Shown here piece after piece: positions 59,196-64,000 of a DNA stretch of 64,000 nucleotides. The stretch is from the NCBI GenBank assembly GCA_949358305.1, contig OX442314.1:32736001-32800000 (forward strand), in the 5' to 3' direction. Under the pieces are notes generated by a model. It was not told the DNA's origin and searched no databases. It worked only from the letters and a program-made list of their open reading frames with translations. Source of the stretch: Strigamia acuminata (Eukaryota). Numbering within the stretch: the first letter of the stretch is position 1; each line of letters begins with the position of its first letter. The position numbers and the translations under genes were made by a program.

Positions 59196-59478
59196 CAGTC
59201 GAACCTCATTCGAACCACGATATAACGAAATTTTCAATATAACGAATAGTTAAAAATGGTTTGGGTGGTTGGTTAGCCATAAATCACCATGTTAAAAAAA
59301 TTTGATATAACAAAAAATTCGTTAAAACAAAAAATTCGATATAACAAAAAATTAGTTATATATAACAAAAAATTCGTTATAACAGAAAATTCGTTATAAC
59401 AAAAAATTCGTTACAACAAAAAATTCGTTACAACAAAAAATCCGTTATATCGCGATTGGTTATAACGAGGTTCGCCTA
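59196..59478. mobile_element. Degenerate copy of the 52964 MITE family, inverted, with internal ~17-bp repeats
   Basis: CAGTCGAACCTC...GTTATAACGAGGTTCG; AACAAAAAATTCGTTA repeats. Confidence 0.75.
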
Positions 59479-61850
59479 TATTGTAAAATATATGGGCAAG
59501 TCTACCGTCCTAATCTTTAATTACCCCAACAATTCTTTTATTTTTCATTTCAAAAAGTGACGGTTAGTCACTTTTCCAATTCCCTCCCCGAAACAACCGT
59601 AAAAGAAACGAAGAGAATCTCTGTCAGCCGTTGAATTATTAACCAATTGGGGTAAGCTCAATGCTCGCGCGTGACACTAGAACAAACGTACAGGCCGTGC
59701 GCATCTCTTCCATTTTAAATGGTTAAAGCTCCCCCTTACAGTTGGCCAAACCAAAAAACAAAAAAAAAAATAAAAAAATAAAAAAAAAAAAAAAAAAAAA
59801 AAACGACTTTCAGCACAAACTAAAACTAAAAGGAAACACGACACCAGTTCTCAACGGTCTGCCTATCGTGCTGAGACGCTGATTTGTACAAATGCGAAGC
59901 AACATCTTCGCTCGCATCGCATCGGCCCCGCATTTGCATTGATGTTTTGCCTCCAGTCCCGCAATGCGAAATAAAGCGACGCATTTATGCCGCCCAGAAC
60001 GAGCGCGGGATGCAAACGCGGCGCGCGAAATGCCAGCGCCAACAAAAACTCCTTCGTCACTCGGATGGGAATCAATCAGCCCGCACCTGAGTTTGCAACT
60101 TTTTTTCTTCTTTTCTACTTCCCTAATTTCTGCTCTTCGTTCCGTTGCATTATTTTCTAATCACTCACGGTGCGTTAGAGTCGTGCAGCAAAGCCAACAC
60201 TCCAATTTAAACATAAAACGATCCAGTGGACGAACAGACGACAAAACAACCGAGAGAAATGCAAATGCCACCTTTTACAGTTCACACACAATTGCACAGA
60301 GCAAAGCCACCAACTCAAATATCAATTTCCTTGCGAGCATTATGGGAAGAAAAAAGTAGAAAAACAATTTATAAAGTGGATAACTGCGATAAATTCAGAT
60401 GGATATACCTCGCATTGTTTTATATGGTGTGATGTATACCCCAAACACTCTGATCCTTCTCGTACAAGATTCTACGCACAACTGTCCTTTCCGACAGTTT
60501 TCCGTCACTTGTCATCTGACCGTTATCGTTCCTTAGTCATATTCATTGTTCATTGTTCATGATTAATTATGATTCAATATGAGTGTTCCTTTCAATATCA
60601 CTTGACAATTCGGTTCTAATGTCACACTTTATAATATTAATTTTAAAAATAACACATTAAACTTAAATAAATCAAAGAATCATAATTTTCGACTCATGCA
60701 TCACAATGGACACGTGTTTTAAAATGTTTTTCATTCTTTAGTAACTTTTTTGGTTTGTTGCCGTTCTTTCTCGTTTACCAGAAGATTCACTGAATGCAAA
60801 GTGGTTGGTAAGTGAGGTTTAGCGCTTTTAGGCAAAGTGTTTTTTTGTTGTTCTCTTTCAGTCCCATCTATCTTAATCATCCGAGTGTTTGTGCAGTTTT
60901 TCGCAATTAATGACAGAGTCTAAAGTCTGGACTCACCTTTTTTCTTGAAAATGACTAAAGATATATCAATTTTAATAATGTGGTCAAAGGTAGTCGATGG
61001 CGAGCTAGTTGTGAGTTGTGACCTTAAATCTGACCCGGAATGTCATCTTCAAAGTTATCCATTTTGTACTTTTTAAGATACAGCAAAATTTCCACTTACA
61101 AAGTTGTAGAGCAACATCGAATTAGTATTACGCAACTTATCTTAAGTGATCTAAAGCTAAACATTTTTTATTTTTAAAAGAAAACAAATCAGAAAATTGA
61201 TATATCTCCAGTCTTTCGCCTCATCCTGTATAATTTCTTTACGGTACCATAGAAATTATATGAAATTTGATATATTTGTGTGTGGTATTTTGAAATCGAT
61301 GAGATGGGGGCAGTTGTGTGGCATATTTCTCCATCAAAGGTGTCTGCCGCAACCGCAATTCGTGCTGAGTGTTACACGTAGCCGTTGGAATTCTCAGATT
61401 TAATTATGAGGAAATATGAGTCAAGTGAAGGAAAACAGCTTGAAGTCAAAATTCATTTCGGTAGGATCAACTCCGATATGATCATGGAAAACGACGCAAA
61501 GTATATACACTAGACATATAAATATAAGTTACATATATATATAAATAAAAAATTCCTACAAAAATGCCAACTTTTCGACTTTCATCTCACTTGAGCCCAA
61601 AAGCCTCAAAATAATAGCAATGTCAAGTGTCAACCAACTAATTCCGCAAAATTCCCAAACGAAAAATATGTAACAAAGTCATATAAACTGATTCAATTTC
61701 CAAAATGGCATTTCCAAACCTCCACAATAAAAATACCACCAAACCACCCATTCAATTGGATTGAAGGGCTGCGAAAAACAAGTCTAAATCCATTCTTCCT
61801 ATGACGGATGAAAATAAAACGGAGAATGTATTCAATAATCTCACCTTGTG

Positions 61851-61890
<40 letters not shown>

Positions 61891-62160
61891 TGATTCAACG
61901 AGCGACCTCGAGCAAAGCAAATTTCAATTAAAAACCACGCATTGCATTCGACGGAAGGTGTTTACATCACGCGAAATTTCAATTTCCCAACAAACATCAA
62001 AAAAACAAAAAAAACAAAAAAAACAAAAAAATCCCCAAACCAATTAACAGTTCGAAAACGTTGACACACAAAACGGCCACAAGCCGCAACGAGACCTGCA
62101 AATTACCCGCCCCGCGCACGTAAAACTACTAAAAAGCGGCGCACGCGATAAGCAGCTTAC

Positions 62161-62460
62161 CTACATAGCACGTCTACGCAACAGCGAGAAAGGGCAGTCA
62201 GTGTCAATCTGTTGTGCAAGTCCAAACTTCCATTCAGCAGGTGGCCGTTTTATCCAACTTGAGCCGGCAGTCGCGCGCACGCCAACCTAACGTCACTGAC
62301 CGCACCACGGCTCGTGACTCCGTCCGTGTACCTCGCGCGCTGACTGACGGTAGCAGCTCCAACTTGCGCCGGAGAAATGAATAGTGGAAAGTCGATTCCA
62401 GACGGCAGGGAAGGTAACACGATTCCCACCGAAAGGACAGCGCCGCCTCGCGGATCCACC
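62161..62460 (-). other. Candidate non-coding exon (possibly kek 5' UTR)
   Basis: GC-rich 300-nt block bounded on the minus strand by TTTGTGTTTACAG| and TAG|GTAAGC. Confidence 0.3.
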
Positions 62461-64000
62461 CTGTAAACACAAACCAACCCGTCCCAATTTACATATTTCT
62501 TAAAGAATAATTCACATTTTTTTCATTTCTCTGCGTGGGAAGGCCGTTTAATTAGCGCATCAAAATTCCTGTTTTAACATGCCTCTGCACGCGCTAATTG
62601 CCTGCCCGTCGCACATAAAACGCACTTCGAAGTCCAGAAGTCCATAAAGAGAAAGAGAAACCACTTTGGCACGAAAAAGGAGCTGAAATGGGGCCAAGAC
62701 CCTTCGCCGGCGCTCTACCCGCGCATCATTTCCATCGGTAATGGCGGCAATCAAACGTAAACCAAAAACCATCTATTTGGCGACCCCAGGCGCGCAAAAC
62801 AATTGAACAAACGCCCCCGACGCACGTGTGCGAGTCGGGGCATAATCGGAAAAGGCGAGGCTGGACAAGAAAGCGCCAAAGTGATGAAGAAAGTGGAGGA
62901 AAAGCCAGGAATTGTACTTCCACTACAAGAAACAACCCTTGATGACCCCTTTTTTTGTAAAAAAAAAAAAACGAAGAGAAGAAAAGGTCTTTTTAGTTAC
63001 AAGATTGCAGAGATTGGATTGGATTGTAGGAATCGATACAAGTTTCTAGCATTTAAAAATCGTTGCAGTCCGAATTGCAAAGGGGTATTCGATGGGTTCG
63101 GTGCAGAAAAGAGTGAATAATTTACTGTACAATGGATTTTCAATGTGCTTTGTAGGGCAAAAAGAATAAATTGGTATTAGAAAGGGGGAAAAAAGTGCAA
63201 CTTCAAAGATGGAGCGGTGTTTGCCATCGAATCAAATAGGGGAACTAATTCAGTCAATGGATTTATTCATTTTTAATGGACTTCTCCTATCGATACTGTG
63301 CGCATAGCCTAGTGATCAAATCTCTCCTGGGAGCAAGGAACATCATTTATTAACGCACCATTGAAAAAGTACATTAATACCATGCAGTTCTTTCCGAGTT
63401 GGCTCCTTTTGATAGCAAATAATGCATGTTCTATCAACATCATCTGAATCCCTAATCTTGAGAGTTGTAAGAAAGAAAGTCTAAAGGTGGAAACACAAGG
63501 GAACGGGTAAAATTTTTAAAGCTTGCTTTTACTTGAAAAAGGGGCTAAAAACTTGCCCGCTTGAGCAAACACAAGCTTGCGTTTTTATTCAAAGTTTTGT
63601 TTTGAAGCGAGCTTGTACTCACCCACTCCGTTCAAACTGAGTTTGATTTACCAGCTTCAAGCTTGCTGGCGTTTTGGTCATGTGACTTTGACAGCCAATC
63701 AGAATCGTAAGGAAATTCTTGGAGGAGATTTTGGCGGGAATTTCTGGCTAGCTACCTATACTCAAAACCAACACAACGTTGATGTATTTTCCTATTGGTC
63801 GAGCCGTATCACTGGTGTAGTGGCACAAAAAAAGTAGCTCGTAACACCAGAATTGTATTCTAACTACAGTCTGCGCACGGTATCTTGATGCTAAATTCGT
63901 ACTGCGCATCCCATTCTGCGCAGACAATTTTCTAATTCCAATTGTTATATGTCAGTATTAAGCCTAATATTAGGCCTAATAATGCGAAAATAAGGTAAAA

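Noticed and set aside
33800..64000. Many 60-147 aa ORFs in the distal region
   Set aside because: Short, often non-ATG or low complexity, no recognisable domains; small true exons cannot be excluded

Overview
AT-rich eukaryotic (probably arthropod) genomic DNA. Bases 1034-26365 hold two very young, related Ty3/Gypsy LTR retrotransposons, one nested in the other. The outer element (about 11.4 kb without the insert, 613-bp LTRs identical by eye, TSD CACT, tRNA-Pro-type PBS) has its gag split by an intact 13.9-kb inner element (1590-bp LTRs with one mismatch seen, TSD AATG, tRNA-Gln-type PBS). Both have CCHC gag, a -1 frameshift signal (A AAA AAC plus hairpin) and PR-RT-RH-IN pol. Both also carry a large third ORF that is not env-like, appears to be assembled by splicing, and shares weak motifs between the two elements; this is the most novel-looking system here. 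Downstream is a minus-strand kekkon-like LRR-Ig receptor gene with its CDS in one exon (31160-33064). The remaining ~30 kb is non-coding, with MITEs, a hAT-like element, a solo LTR inside nested MITEs and A/T-tract minisatellites. All comparisons were made by eye; no searches were run.
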